This document shows, piece by piece, positions 1 to 11,301 of a DNA stretch of 64,000 nucleotides (within the stretch, counting starts at the first letter, position 1; every line of letters begins with the position of its first letter). The notes below the pieces were generated by a model, which had not been told where the DNA came from, did not search any database, and worked only from the letters and a program-made list of their open reading frames with translations. The translations under genes were made by a program, and so were the position numbers. The stretch spans positions 70,270 to 134,269 of the forward strand of contig SCUM01000002.1 of the NCBI GenBank assembly GCA_004297215.1. Direction: 5' to 3'. The stretch comes from Patescibacteria group bacterium (GTDB taxonomy: Bacteria > Patescibacteriota > Patescibacteriia > UBA9934 > GWF2-40-263).

Positions 1-461
1 TTCACCCCCTCGGCGCCGCTCTTCAGCACCCGCTCGATCGCCATCTTCATGCTGCGACGGAACGGCATGCGCTTCTCGATGTCGGCGGCGATCTGCTGGC
101 CGATCAGGGAGGCGGAGAGCGACGGCTGGGCGATCTCCTTCACGTTCACCGTGAGGTTCACCTTGCGGCCGCGGAAGAACTCTCCCTTGATCTTCTTCAC
201 GAGCTCCTCGATGCCGGCGCCGCCGCGGCCGATGACGATGCCGGGCTTCCCCGCATGGACGTTGACGGCAAGGATGCCGCGGCTGCGGTCGATCACGATG
301 CGGTCGACCAGCGCGTCCTTGAGCGCCTTCTTCAGGAAGCGGCGGATGGAGACGTCCTCGCGGAGGTTCTGGCGGAACGCGTCCTTGGACGCGAACCACG
401 TGGCGTCCCAGTCCTTGGTGACGGCGAGCCGGAAGGATTTCGGATGGACTTTGTGACCCAT
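1..461 (-). CDS. rpsC: 30S ribosomal protein S3 (runs off window edge)
   Basis: Manual translation from ATG at 461: MGHKVHPKSFRLAVTKDWDATWFA; follows rplV in S10 order; absent from ORF track because truncated. Confidence 0.95.
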   Translation of the reverse strand, partial: MGHKVHPKSFRLAVTKDWDATWFASKDAFRQNLREDVSIRRFLKKALKDALVDRIVIDRSRGILAVNVHAGKPGIVIGRGGAGIEELVKKIKGEFFRGRKVNLTVNVKEIAQPSLSASLIGQQIAADIEKRMPFRRSMKMAIERVLKSGAEGV

Positions 462-462
462 A

Positions 463-909
463 TCAGGTGGTGGCCTTGGCCTTCTTCATGGCCGCCGGCT
501 TTCCGACGGAGGCGGATCCGCCTTTGGCGGGCTTGGCGGGTTTCTTTTTCGTCTCCGGCGCCTTCCCTTCCATCCCCGCGATGGGCGCGAGCGTGACGCT
601 CACGTGGCTCATGCGCTTGCGGATGGGGGCCGCGCGGCCGAAGGCGCGGGCGCGCCAGCGGTGCAGGACCGGGCCGCCGTCGGCCATGATCGACTTCACG
701 TACAGGGAAGAGGCGTCGAGGCCGAAATTGTGCTGCGCGTTGGCGGCCGCGGAGTTGATGAGCTTGATCACGGGGAGCGCCGCCGCCTTTTTCATGAAGG
801 TAAGCTGCGCGATCGCGCGGGCGACCGGCATGCCGCGCACGAGATCGATAATGAGGCGCACCTTGCGGGGCGACACGCGGACGTAGCGGGCTTTTGCGTG
901 GACTTCCAT
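463..909 (-). CDS. rplV: 50S ribosomal protein L22 with basic C-terminal extension
   Basis: AKARYVRVSPRKVRL...RAFGRAAPIRKRMSH; synteny. Confidence 0.97.
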   Translation of the reverse strand: MEVHAKARYVRVSPRKVRLIIDLVRGMPVARAIAQLTFMKKAAALPVIKLINSAAANAQHNFGLDASSLYVKSIMADGGPVLHRWRARAFGRAAPIRKRMSHVSVTLAPIAGMEGKAPETKKKPAKPAKGGSASVGKPAAMKKAKATT

Positions 910-915
910 AAGCGG

Positions 916-1248
916 TTACTTCTTCGCGGCCGGGGCGGCCGCAGCGGGCTTCGGCGTGCCGCCGGCTGCGGCGGCTTCGGTGTCCTTCTGGAGCTTGCCT
1001 CCGTGGCGGACGAACTTGCGGGTCGGGGAGAATTCGCCGAGCTTGTGCCCGACCATGTTCTCGACGACGCGCACCGGGACGTGGTCGCGGCCGTTATGCA
1101 CCGCGATGGTGAATCCCACCATCTCCGGCGTGATCGAGGAGGCGCGCGCCCAGGTCTTGATCACCGTCTTGTCGCCGGCCCGAAGCTTCCCCACTTTCTT
1201 GAGGAGCTTCTGGTCGACGTACGGGCCTTTCTTGGAACTGCGAGACAT
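916..1248 (-). CDS. rpsS: 30S ribosomal protein S19
   Basis: [12 protein letters not shown]...[13 protein letters not shown]. Confidence 0.98.
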   Translation of the reverse strand: MSRSSKKGPYVDQKLLKKVGKLRAGDKTVIKTWARASSITPEMVGFTIAVHNGRDHVPVRVVENMVGHKLGEFSPTRKFVRHGGKLQKDTEAAAAGGTPKPAAAAPAAKK

Positions 1249-1260
1249 AGGGAGTACGGC

Positions 1261-2118
1261 TTAGGCGCCCACGAACCGGCCCTTCGGGCGGCGGGAGACG
1301 ATGAACTTGTCCGAGGCCTGCTTGCGGCGGGTCTTCACGCCCAGCGCGGGCTTCCCCTGAGGGGTCTTGGGATGGACGAGGCCGATGGAGTTCTTGGCCT
1401 CGCCGCCGCCGTGCGGGTGGTCGACCGGGTTCATCACCTTGCCGCGCACGCTCGGGCGGATGCCGCGATGGCGCATGCGTCCGGCCTTGCCCCAGCGGAC
1501 GAGGCGGCGGTCCTGGTTGGACGCGCTTCCGATCGTCGCCATGCACTCGCGCGCGACGAGGCGGACCTCGCCGGACGGGAGCTTGAGGGTGGCGTACGCG
1601 CCTTCGACGGCCATGAGGGCCACGGAGGCGCCGGCGCCGCGGGCGATCTGGCCGCCCTTGCCGGGCATGATCTCCACGTCGAACACGTTGATGCCGGCCG
1701 GGATGTGCTCGAGCGAGAAGCGGTTGCCCACCTTGATCTCGCCCTTCTGCTTGGAACACACGATCGTCTCGCCCACGGGGAGGTCCGCCGGGGCCACGAT
1801 GTAACGCTTCTCGCCGTCCTGGTACTGCAGCAGCGCGAGACGCGCGCCGCGGCTCGGATCGTACTCGATGGCGATCACGCGCGCGGGCACGTCGAACTTG
1901 TCGCGAACCGCGTCGACGACGCGCAGGCGGCGCTTGGCCCCGCCGCCCTGGTGACGGACGGTGATCTTGCCGCTTGCGTTGCGGCCGGCCTTGCGGCGGC
2001 GCGCCGTGGTGAGCTTCTTCTCCGGCCCCTTCTTCCCTTTCTTCGTAAGGTCGGCAAAGGCGTCGACGCTTGAGTGGCGGCGACCGGCGGTGGTCGGGTT
2101 GTATTGTTTCACGGGCAT
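1261..2118 (-). CDS. rplB: 50S ribosomal protein L2
   Basis: IEYDPSR, RGKVMNPVDHPHGGGE. Confidence 0.99.
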   Translation of the reverse strand: MPVKQYNPTTAGRRHSSVDAFADLTKKGKKGPEKKLTTARRRKAGRNASGKITVRHQGGGAKRRLRVVDAVRDKFDVPARVIAIEYDPSRGARLALLQYQDGEKRYIVAPADLPVGETIVCSKQKGEIKVGNRFSLEHIPAGINVFDVEIMPGKGGQIARGAGASVALMAVEGAYATLKLPSGEVRLVARECMATIGSASNQDRRLVRWGKAGRMRHRGIRPSVRGKVMNPVDHPHGGGEAKNSIGLVHPKTPQGKPALGVKTRRKQASDKFIVSRRPKGRFVGA

Positions 2119-2119
2119 A

Positions 2120-2548
2120 TCAGACTCCTTCGTACACGTCGATCGTCTTGCCCTTAGGCAGGGTCACGACCGCCTTCTTCCAGGTGCTGCGCATCCCTTC
2201 CCGGCCGCCGAAGCGGACCACCTTGCCGCGCACGCGCATGATGTTGACGCTCGTCGGCGTGACGCCGTACATCGCCTTCACCGCGTTGCGGACGTCCACG
2301 CGGGTGGCGTCCATGCTTACGACGAAGGAGTACTGGCCCGCATGCGCGATCGTCGCGGCCTTCTCGGTGACGAGCGGCGCGGTAATGACGTTCACCAGAT
2401 TCTCCGGGAGCGCCTTGCTCGTGGCCTTCGGCGATACGCCCTTGGCGGACGGCTTCCCTGCGGCCTTCTCGGCCTTCTTGGGAGCCGCGGCGACGTCGCC
2501 GGCGATCTCCTGTTCCTTCTTTGATTTGAATCGGTCAAGGATTCCCAT
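2120..2548 (-). CDS. rplW: 50S ribosomal protein L23 with N-terminal extension
   Basis: PLVTEKA...WKKAVVTL; synteny. Confidence 0.96.
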   Translation of the reverse strand: MGILDRFKSKKEQEIAGDVAAAPKKAEKAAGKPSAKGVSPKATSKALPENLVNVITAPLVTEKAATIAHAGQYSFVVSMDATRVDVRNAVKAMYGVTPTSVNIMRVRGKVVRFGGREGMRSTWKKAVVTLPKGKTIDVYEGV

Positions 2549-2549
2549 A

Positions 2550-3185
2550 TCAGGCGCGCTTATAAGTCTTCACGAGCGCTTCGAGCGCGGCCTTGGAGGC
2601 GACGATCGTCTCGTGGGACAACAGGTCGACGACGTTGAGGCTCCCGACGGAGATGGTGGACACGCGCGGCAGGTTCTTGGCCGCGCGGGCCACGCCCCGG
2701 TTCTCGGCCTCGACCACGATGAGGGTCTTCGAGCCTGCAAGCGGAAGCTTGGCAAGCATGAAGGCCACGCGCTTGGTCTTCGCCTCCGGAAGCGCGAGCG
2801 AATCCACCGCCACGAGCCTCTCGCCGGCCACCTTGTCGGAAAGCACCATCGCGAGCGCCTTGCGGCGGGCGGCGCGGTTCATCTTCACCGAGAAATTGCG
2901 CTCGCTGGTGGGACCGAACGTGACGCCTCCGCCCACCCAGATCGGGGAGCGGCGCGACCCGTGGCGGGCACGACCGGTGCCTTTCTGCTTCCACGGCTTC
3001 TTGCCGGTGCCGGCGACCTCGCCGCGGTCCTTGGTGTGCGCCGTGACCACGCGGGAGTTGGCGGTCTGGGCCACCACCGCCTCGTGCACGAGCGCCGGGT
3101 TCGCCTTCACCTCGAAAAGCGCCGGGTCGAGCGCGAGCTCGCCCACCTTGGCGCCTTCCTGGTTATAGAGGGTTACTTTTGCCAT
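2550..3185 (-). CDS. rplD: 50S ribosomal protein L4
   Basis: [25 protein letters not shown]. Confidence 0.98.
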   Translation of the reverse strand: MAKVTLYNQEGAKVGELALDPALFEVKANPALVHEAVVAQTANSRVVTAHTKDRGEVAGTGKKPWKQKGTGRARHGSRRSPIWVGGGVTFGPTSERNFSVKMNRAARRKALAMVLSDKVAGERLVAVDSLALPEAKTKRVAFMLAKLPLAGSKTLIVVEAENRGVARAAKNLPRVSTISVGSLNVVDLLSHETIVASKAALEALVKTYKRA

Positions 3186-3799
3186 ACGGTCTTCCCTTCA
3201 CGGCCGACGATCATGAGCAGCGTCCCATGGGCTCCTGGCACCGCGCCTTTGATGGCGAGCGTGCCTTTCGCCGCATCGACGGCAACCACTTCGAGGTTCT
3301 TGACGGTCACGCGCGAGGCGCCCATGTGGCCGGCCATGCGCTGGCCCTTGCTGACCGGACCCTGGCGCTGCGAGGCGATGGATCCCGGCATGCGCATCTG
3401 GTCCTTCTGGCCGTGCGTAGCCGGACCGCCGGAGAACCCGTGGCGCTTCATCACGCCCTGGAACCCCTTTCCCTTGGAAATCCCCGTCACGTCGACCATG
3501 GTGCCGGGCACGAACGCGTCGACGGTCACCGCGTCGCCCCGCTTGAGGTCGGTCGCGGAAACGCGGAATTCGCGCAGGGTGCCGACCTGCGGCAGGTCCT
3601 TAAGGTGTCCCGCTTCTGACATGGGCAGGGCCTTCTTCACGCCGGTCCCGATCTGGACGGCAGAATACCCGTCAATCTCGGTGGTCTTCACCGCCGTGAC
3701 GACGTTGGGCTGCGTGGTGACGATCGTGACAGGCACGACGGTCCCGTCCTCCCTGAAATGTTGCGTCATTTCGAGCTTGCGCCCGATGATGAATGGCAT
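3173..3799 (-). CDS. rplC: 50S ribosomal protein L3
   Basis: IIGRKLEMTQ, SKGKGFQGVMKRHGF, MAGHMG; start taken at MPFIIG. Confidence 0.97.
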   Translation of the reverse strand: MPFIIGRKLEMTQHFREDGTVVPVTIVTTQPNVVTAVKTTEIDGYSAVQIGTGVKKALPMSEAGHLKDLPQVGTLREFRVSATDLKRGDAVTVDAFVPGTMVDVTGISKGKGFQGVMKRHGFSGGPATHGQKDQMRMPGSIASQRQGPVSKGQRMAGHMGASRVTVKNLEVVAVDAAKGTLAIKGAVPGAHGTLLMIVGREGKTVWQK

Positions 3800-3814
3800 A
3801 GCGTCCATGTATTG

Positions 3815-4097
3815 GTCCGTGGATGGTCACGGACATACCCCGGCTTCCTAAGCGAAAAGCCAGAAGTCGAGAGACATCCGCACGATGCATCCCGGCTTCT
3901 GACCCTTGTTTTCCCACAGACAGGCGCGGGAAAGGCAAGGTTGTATGGGGTCGATGGTAATGAGAGGGACTCCTGAATGCAGCCGTTTGAAGCTCCGGAA
4001 GGTTTTCCAATGGATCTTTCTTCCGTGTTCTTCGAGCTGTTCGCGGGATGGACCCACGGAACGGGCCGGGTCAACGACCTAGCCACATCCGTGGATC
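3815..4097 (-). ncRNA. Multi-hairpin structured spacer between rpsJ and rplC (candidate cis-regulatory RNA)
   Basis: At least five consecutive hairpins, e.g. GATCCACGGA/TCCGTGGGTC, AGCTC..CGGAAG/CTTCCG.GAGCT, CCTTG..TTTCCC/GGGAAA..CAAGG, GTCCGTG/CACGGAC. Confidence 0.5.
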
Positions 4098-4103
4098 AAT
4101 CAC

Positions 4104-4439
4104 TTAGGTCTTTATCTCTACGTCCACTCCAGCCGGCAAGTTGAGGCTCATGAGCGAATCCATGGTGCGCTCGGTCCATTCGCTGATGTCGATGAGCCGC
4201 TTATGGATGCGCATCTCATACTGCTCGCGGCTGTCCTTGTCGATGAACGTCGACCGGTTCACCGTGAACTTGCGCTTCTCCGTGGGGAGAGGCACGGGCC
4301 CCAGGATCTTCGCTCCGGACCGCTCCGCCGTCTTGATGATGGTCTGGGTGGCCTGGTCAATGATCTTGTGGTCGTACGCGCGGATCTTGATGCGGATCCT
4401 CGACTTCTCCTCCTGGTCCTTTTTTGCTGGTTGCGCCAC
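4104..4439 (-). CDS. rpsJ: 30S ribosomal protein S10
   Basis: [33 protein letters not shown]. Confidence 0.98.
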   Translation of the reverse strand: MAQPAKKDQEEKSRIRIKIRAYDHKIIDQATQTIIKTAERSGAKILGPVPLPTEKRKFTVNRSTFIDKDSREQYEMRIHKRLIDISEWTERTMDSLMSLNLPAGVDVEIKT

Positions 4440-4470
4440 AGGGGAAGGAACGGTTAACCGGAACGGTGAG

Positions 4471-5664
<1,194 letters not shown>

Positions 5665-5793
5665 ACGCGTAATGAGGTCGAGCCCAATGGGCGAAAAGAG
5701 CTCTTTAATTAGCGAATTATTGATGTAGATGAAAGATGTGGCCAAGTATAGCAGGGCCCCCTGAACTGCGCAAGTTTGCTGGGGTCCCTGCGT

Positions 5794-6264
5794 TTATTCT
5801 ACCGGTTCGAGGTAAAACTGATCCTCATCGAAGGAGTCTTTCTTGGCTGAATTAAGGTTCATTCCAGGGCTCTTGGGGGCGTCTTTCTCCTCCTCGCCCT
5901 GATAGGCCATGAACTGGCGAAGCACGTCCTCCCGTTCGCCGTCGCTCATTTTGCCTATATCCCAGGTGTCTCCGGCCTCGTTTGCCGGTTTCATGAGGTC
6001 AAAAAGGTCCGGCGGAGGCGCATCTTCGTCCTTAGGCTGCAATGGTCGGATGTCCCGATCTTGACGTAGGCTCGGACCATCCATCCTCCCCGTCCTTTCC
6101 ACCTTTTCAGTATTTTCGACCCTTTCAACCTTTCCGGGCCCCAAAAGCCCTTCATACTGGTCCAAACCCATCACCACGAAGGCGTCCTCGCCTTCCGGAT
6201 CGGTGATAATCACCCGATCTCCGGTGCGTTTCGACAGTTCCAGGATGCGGCGGATATTCTTCAT
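5794..6264 (-). CDS. Hypothetical protein (N-terminus resembles Phd/YefM-like fold; acidic tail ending FYLEPVE)
   Basis: 156-aa ORF; family resemblance judged by eye only. Confidence 0.7.
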   Translation of the reverse strand: MKNIRRILELSKRTGDRVIITDPEGEDAFVVMGLDQYEGLLGPGKVERVENTEKVERTGRMDGPSLRQDRDIRPLQPKDEDAPPPDLFDLMKPANEAGDTWDIGKMSDGEREDVLRQFMAYQGEEEKDAPKSPGMNLNSAKKDSFDEDQFYLEPVE

Positions 6265-6334
6265 AATGCGAGCATCTTACCGTTCGCATCTCCCCTGTCA
6301 ACCGACCAAATATTGGCTAACCTTGGCATAAGGG

Positions 6335-6363
6335 TTGACAAAATCCCCTCGGTATGGTATTCT
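6335..6363 (+). promoter_or_regulatory. Sigma70 promoter
   Basis: TTGACA-17 bp-TATTCT with extended -10 TG. Confidence 0.75.
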
Positions 6364-6370
6364 ACCCCTC

Positions 6371-6469
6371 GTGCTGAGTTATCTCAGGTCTGAGAGATCC
6401 TCCGAATACGAAGGAATCTACACAGGACTGGAAGAAACGACAGGAAATAGAAACATTGTTTTAGCCTGA
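6371..6469 (+). other. Leaderless 32-codon sORF or small RNA
   Basis: GTG at predicted +1, open to TGA (VLSYLRSERSSEYEGIYTGLEETTGNRNIVLA), followed by a terminator. Confidence 0.4.
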
Positions 6470-6489
6470 CTTACGAGCTTCCCTCTTAG

Positions 6490-6527
6490 ACAACAAACCC
6501 CCGGCCTAGGCCGGGGGTTTTGTTTTA
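6490..6527. terminator. Bidirectional intrinsic terminator
   Basis: AAACCCCCGGCCTAGGCCGGGGGTTTTGTTTT. Confidence 0.85.
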
Positions 6528-8036
6528 CGTCCTTGCGCGCCGCGGATGTATACGTTCAGCGAGTCGGTGCGAACGTGTGTACGTCTGGATGTGCCCGAGA
6601 AACGTCTCGCCATACTGCGCGAGCTTCCGAGAACCGACGCCGAACACCTGCGCGAGCGCGCCGAGGGTCTGCGGAAGGTAGTACGCCATCTCCTGCAGCG
6701 TCCTGTCGCCGAAGATGACGAACGGCGGGACGTTCTGCGCGTCGGCCAACGTTTTCCGTTCCCGGCGGAGGATCTGGAACAGGTCTGCCTCGAACGGAAG
6801 TCCTTCGGGAGATTTCGAGGGGGCGACGACGGCATCGATCGCCTGTTTTGGCGGAGGGACGCAGACATCGCACGAATCACACGTCGCGGATTCGCCGCGT
6901 TCACCGAAATATTCAAGAAGGAACTTGCGGCGACAGGTGCGCGTCTCGCAATACGAGATGACCTGGGCAAGTTTCTGGATCGCGAGCGCCTTTTCCGGCC
7001 CGTTCTCCATCATGTTGATGAAATAATCCTGCTTGCGCTTGTCACCATACGTGTAGAACAACACGCACTCGCTCGGGAGCCCGTCGCGGCCCGCGCGGCC
7101 GGTTTCCTGATAATACGACTCGATGGTCTTCGGCAAATCCATGTGCACGACCAGACGCACGTCGGGCTTGTCGATGCCCATGCCAAACGCGATGGTGGCG
7201 ACGATGACGGGAACCTCGTCGCGGATGAACTTGTCCTGCGTCTGCGCGCGCACGTCGCGATTCAATCCGGCATGATACGGAAGCGCCTGGAACCCGGCGC
7301 GACAGAGTTGCTCGGCGACCTCTTCCGTGTTCTTGCGGGAAAAGCAATATACGATCACCGGCTTTTCCTTATATGATTCCAAAAGCCCGACGAGCTGCCC
7401 GACCGCGTTCCTTTTTGGACGGACGGCATACCGAAGGTTCGGTCGGTTGAAACTCGACAGGAACACGGATGCATCTTCCATCCGGAGTTCCTTCAGGATG
7501 TCTTCCTTGACCCTCGGCGTGGCCGTTGCCGTAAGGGCGATTACCGGCACGCCGGGAAACACCCTCCGCAGCTCCTTCATGTTGCGGTAATCCGGCCGGA
7601 AATCGTGTCCCCACTCCGAAATGCAGTGCGCTTCGTCGATCGCGATGAGGGAGACGTTCAGATGCGACAAAAATACTTGGAACGCGGGCTGGGCCAACCG
7701 TTCCGGGGCTACGTACAGCAGCTTCAGCTCGCCTGACAGCGCACGCGCCTCCACGTCGTCTGACACGTCGCCATCCAACGTACTGTTCAGGCAGGCCGCA
7801 CTGATTCCGTTTGCCGTGAGGGCATCCACCTGGTCCTTCATGAGCGCGATGAGCGGCGAAACGACGAGGGTGATCCCTGGAAACTTGAGTGCCGGCAGCT
7901 GAAAACACAGCGACTTCCCTCCACCGGTCGGCATAAGCACCAACACGTCCTGCTTCTTAAGGACGGTGTCGATGATTTCTTCCTGCAATGGCCGAAATGC
8001 GTCGTAGCCAAAATGCGTCTTAAGCAACTCCCGCAT
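6525..8036 (-). CDS. recQ: ATP-dependent DNA helicase RecQ with HRDC domain
   Basis: MPTGGGKSLCFQ, DEAHCISEWGHDFRP, QETGRAGRDG, Zn-binding Cys, C-terminal HRDC (VPPFVIFGD). Confidence 0.96.
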   Translation of the reverse strand: MRELLKTHFGYDAFRPLQEEIIDTVLKKQDVLVLMPTGGGKSLCFQLPALKFPGITLVVSPLIALMKDQVDALTANGISAACLNSTLDGDVSDDVEARALSGELKLLYVAPERLAQPAFQVFLSHLNVSLIAIDEAHCISEWGHDFRPDYRNMKELRRVFPGVPVIALTATATPRVKEDILKELRMEDASVFLSSFNRPNLRYAVRPKRNAVGQLVGLLESYKEKPVIVYCFSRKNTEEVAEQLCRAGFQALPYHAGLNRDVRAQTQDKFIRDEVPVIVATIAFGMGIDKPDVRLVVHMDLPKTIESYYQETGRAGRDGLPSECVLFYTYGDKRKQDYFINMMENGPEKALAIQKLAQVISYCETRTCRRKFLLEYFGERGESATCDSCDVCVPPPKQAIDAVVAPSKSPEGLPFEADLFQILRRERKTLADAQNVPPFVIFGDRTLQEMAYYLPQTLGALAQVFGVGSRKLAQYGETFLGHIQTYTRSHRLAERIHPRRART

Positions 8037-8140
8037 AAATAAAATTACTGGCCCGGTGAGCCAGAGTGTTTGAAAGCTTGATGAGACAAGCGTACCCGTT
8101 TTTTTCGTCGTTGTCAATCGAGATGTGTGGATATCCTGTA

Positions 8141-9142
8141 TCAGCGTAGCAGCTCCGCAACCCTTTCACTGAATTCGTCGCGATGCTTGGCGAGATACGG
8201 ATACAAGCGCGACCTTCGCTCGATGTTATCACGCATCTGGAACTGACCGCTCAGGTATTCCTTCTCGGCCCAGAGCGAAAACAACCCCTTACGGAACCCG
8301 CATTCGAACGCCAGCTCGCGTTCGAGATCGGTAAGCGCTGCTTGCTTTCGGTACGCGCCGAGATACGTCTTCACGCGATCCCAATCCAATGTTCCCCGGG
8401 CCATCCGGCAATTGAACATCACGGAACGCATCACCTCGAATCCGCGCCAGCCCCATCCGGCCTTTTCCCAGTCGAGCACAGCGGCCACCTTCCGTCCGCG
8501 CACGAGCACGTTCATGATGTGATAATCATTGTGGCAGACGCGGACCGGGAGGCGACGGAACGCTTCCTTGTCCCAGCCGCCGATCGCGACCGCGTTTTCG
8601 TGCGCGTCGAGGGAACGGGCGACCGTCTCCCGGACGACCTTCGGCTTCGACCTCAGCGAGCGCCGCATGGAGACGATTTCGGACAAGAATGATTCCGGAT
8701 TCCACGAAGCCATATCCTCGAATGCGGGCTTCTGCATTCGGAATTTGAACGTCTCGAGCGTCGCGTCGATGCGTCCAAGCATTTCTCCCATGGGCCGCAT
8801 GAGCGGCGCATTCCGATACCGTGACGGATGCGTCCCTTCGACGAAGGGGTACAGGGCGACGGCATGGCCGCCCACCTCTCCGCTTGCGACCGGCAACGGG
8901 ACCGGAATGCCCTTTCCGACGGCATGCGCCATCATCCGATGCATCTCGCGCATGGCCTTCAGCGAGACTTTCGGCCGATAAGCTTTCAAGACGTACCGTT
9001 CGCTCCCGACGCGAACGACAAGGTTCTGATTAAGAAGACCGCTCAGAAGCGGACGCATCGAAACGCGCCGTGCGGGAAACACGGCTTGAACGAATTCCTT
9101 GAGATGATCATTCGGGACAAAGGCGAGCATGGAACAAAGCAT
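8141..9142 (-). CDS. APH/homoserine-kinase type II-like phosphotransferase
   Basis: YVLK, CHNDYHIMNVL, LDWE kinase motifs. Confidence 0.85.
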   Translation of the reverse strand: MLCSMLAFVPNDHLKEFVQAVFPARRVSMRPLLSGLLNQNLVVRVGSERYVLKAYRPKVSLKAMREMHRMMAHAVGKGIPVPLPVASGEVGGHAVALYPFVEGTHPSRYRNAPLMRPMGEMLGRIDATLETFKFRMQKPAFEDMASWNPESFLSEIVSMRRSLRSKPKVVRETVARSLDAHENAVAIGGWDKEAFRRLPVRVCHNDYHIMNVLVRGRKVAAVLDWEKAGWGWRGFEVMRSVMFNCRMARGTLDWDRVKTYLGAYRKQAALTDLERELAFECGFRKGLFSLWAEKEYLSGQFQMRDNIERRSRLYPYLAKHRDEFSERVAELLR

Positions 9143-9183
9143 AACAAAAGGCCCCGCGATCAGCGAGGCCTTTCCTCTTACGA

Positions 9184-11280
9184 TCAGGCGGCGCGACGCG
9201 TCACTCCCGAACGCTCCTCGATGATCTTCTTGCTCACGTTGCCGGGCACTTCCTCGTAGTGGTCGAATTCCATGGAGTAGCTGGCGCGGCCCTGGGTGTT
9301 GGAGCGCAGCGTGGTGACGTAGCCGAACATCTCGGCAAGCGGCACGAACGCGGTGACGATCTTCGCCCCCCCGACGCGGTCGCCCATCTCCTGGATCTGG
9401 CCGCGCTTGGCGTTCAAGTCGCCCACCACGGTGCCCATGAACTCCTCGGGCATCACCACTTCCACCTTCATCATGGGTTCAAGCAGCGAGATGCCGGCCT
9501 TCTTGCAGGCGTCCTGGAACGCCATGGACCCGGCGATCTTGAACGCCGCCTCGTTGGAGTCCACGTCGTGGTAGGAACCGTCGAACACGGTCACCTTCAC
9601 GTCGATGAGCGGGAAGCCGGCGAGCACGCCGCGGTCGGCCGCCTCCTCGGCGCCCTTGGCGATCGGCTTGATGAACTCGCGGGGGATGGCGCCGCCCTTG
9701 ATCTCCTCGACGAACTCGAACCCCTTGCCAGCCTCGTTCTTTTCCACGCGCAGCCAGCAGTGGCCGTATTGGCCGCGGCCGCCGGACTGGCGGATGTACT
9801 TCCCTTCGCTCTCGGCTTCGCCCTTGATGGACTCGCGGTAGGCCACTTGCGGCTTGCCCACGTTCGCTTCCACGTTGAACTCGCGCTTCATGCGGTCCAC
9901 GATGATGTCGAGGTGGAGCTCGCCCATGCCGGAGATGATGACCTGGTTGGTCTCCTCGTCGGTGCGCACGCGGAAGGTGGGATCTTCCTCGGCGAGCTTC
10001 TGCAGCGCCACGCCCATCTTCTCCTGGTCGGCCTTGGTCTTGGGCTCGATGGCGATGGAGATGACCGGCTCCGGGAACACGATGGACTCGAGCACGATCG
10101 GACGCTCCTGGTCGCACAGCGTGTGGCCGGTGAAGGTCTCCTTGAGGCCCACGGCCGCGGCGATCTCGCCGGCGTACACCTCGTCCACGTCCTCGCGGGT
10201 GTTGGCGTGCAGGCGCACGATGCGGCCGATGCGCTCCTTTCCGCCGGTGCTCGAGTTGAGCACGTAGGAGCCGGCGGCGATCTTGCCGGAGTACACGCGG
10301 AAGAAGGCGAGCTTGCCCACGAACGGGTCGGCGGCGATCTTGAACGCGAGCGCGGCGAACGGCTCGTCATCGGAGGCCTTGCGCTCGATGAGCTCCTCCG
10401 AATCCGGGGCGTGTCCCTTGACCGGAGGGATGTCAAGCGGGCTCGGCAGGAATTCCACCACGGCGTCGAGCACCTGCTGCACCCCCTTGTTCTTGAGCGC
10501 GGAGCCGGTGAGCACCGGGAAGATGTCATTCGCGATGGTGGCCTTGCGCAGTCCGGCCTTGAGCTCCGGGACGGGAATCTCCTCCCCGGCCAGATAGCGC
10601 TCCATGAGCGATTCGTCGGTCTCGGCGATCGCCTCGACCAGTTTCTTCCGCCACTCCTCCACCGATGCCTTCATGTCCTCCGGGCAGTCGGACACCTCGA
10701 TGTCCTTTCCGAGGTCATCCTTGAAGATGTAGGCCTTCTTGTCGAACAGGTCCACGATTCCCTGGAAATTGGATTCCGACCCGATCGGGAGCTGGATGGG
10801 GTGGGCCTTCCTCGACAGGCGGGTGTGGATGGACGCGAGGTCCTTGAAATAGTCCGCGCCGGTGCGGTCGAGCTTGTTGATGAAGCACACGCGCGGCACG
10901 GCGTAGCCGTCGGCGTAGCGCCAGTTGGTCTCGGACTGCGGCTCCACGCCGGCCACGCCGTCGAACACGACGAGCGCGCCGTCGAGCACGCGAAGGGAAC
11001 GCTTCACTTCCACGGTGAAGTCCACGTGCCCGGGGGTGTCGATGAGGTTCATCCGATGTCCCTTCCAAAAACAGGTGGTGGCGGCGGCCGTGATGGTGAT
11101 GCCGCGTTCCTGCTCCTGCGCCATCCAGTCCATGGTAGCTTCGCCCTCGTGCACCTCGCCGATCTTATGCTTTTTGCCCGTATAAAACAGGATGCGTTCG
11201 CTCGTGGTGGTCTTGCCCGCATCGATGTGGGCGATGACGCCGAAGTTGCGCGTCTTTTCCAGGGAATACTCGCGTGCCAT
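9184..11280 (-). CDS. fusA: Elongation factor G
   Basis: [27 protein letters not shown]. Confidence 0.99.
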   Translation of the reverse strand: MAREYSLEKTRNFGVIAHIDAGKTTTSERILFYTGKKHKIGEVHEGEATMDWMAQEQERGITITAAATTCFWKGHRMNLIDTPGHVDFTVEVKRSLRVLDGALVVFDGVAGVEPQSETNWRYADGYAVPRVCFINKLDRTGADYFKDLASIHTRLSRKAHPIQLPIGSESNFQGIVDLFDKKAYIFKDDLGKDIEVSDCPEDMKASVEEWRKKLVEAIAETDESLMERYLAGEEIPVPELKAGLRKATIANDIFPVLTGSALKNKGVQQVLDAVVEFLPSPLDIPPVKGHAPDSEELIERKASDDEPFAALAFKIAADPFVGKLAFFRVYSGKIAAGSYVLNSSTGGKERIGRIVRLHANTREDVDEVYAGEIAAAVGLKETFTGHTLCDQERPIVLESIVFPEPVISIAIEPKTKADQEKMGVALQKLAEEDPTFRVRTDEETNQVIISGMGELHLDIIVDRMKREFNVEANVGKPQVAYRESIKGEAESEGKYIRQSGGRGQYGHCWLRVEKNEAGKGFEFVEEIKGGAIPREFIKPIAKGAEEAADRGVLAGFPLIDVKVTVFDGSYHDVDSNEAAFKIAGSMAFQDACKKAGISLLEPMMKVEVVMPEEFMGTVVGDLNAKRGQIQEMGDRVGGAKIVTAFVPLAEMFGYVTTLRSNTQGRASYSMEFDHYEEVPGNVSKKIIEERSGVTRRAA

Positions 11281-11301
11281 AGGAAAAAAGGGGCGTGGGG
11301 A

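Noticed and set aside
8141-9142. Aminoglycoside resistance call for the two phosphotransferases
   Set aside because: Only the general APH-like kinase motifs are visible; the substrate cannot be inferred.
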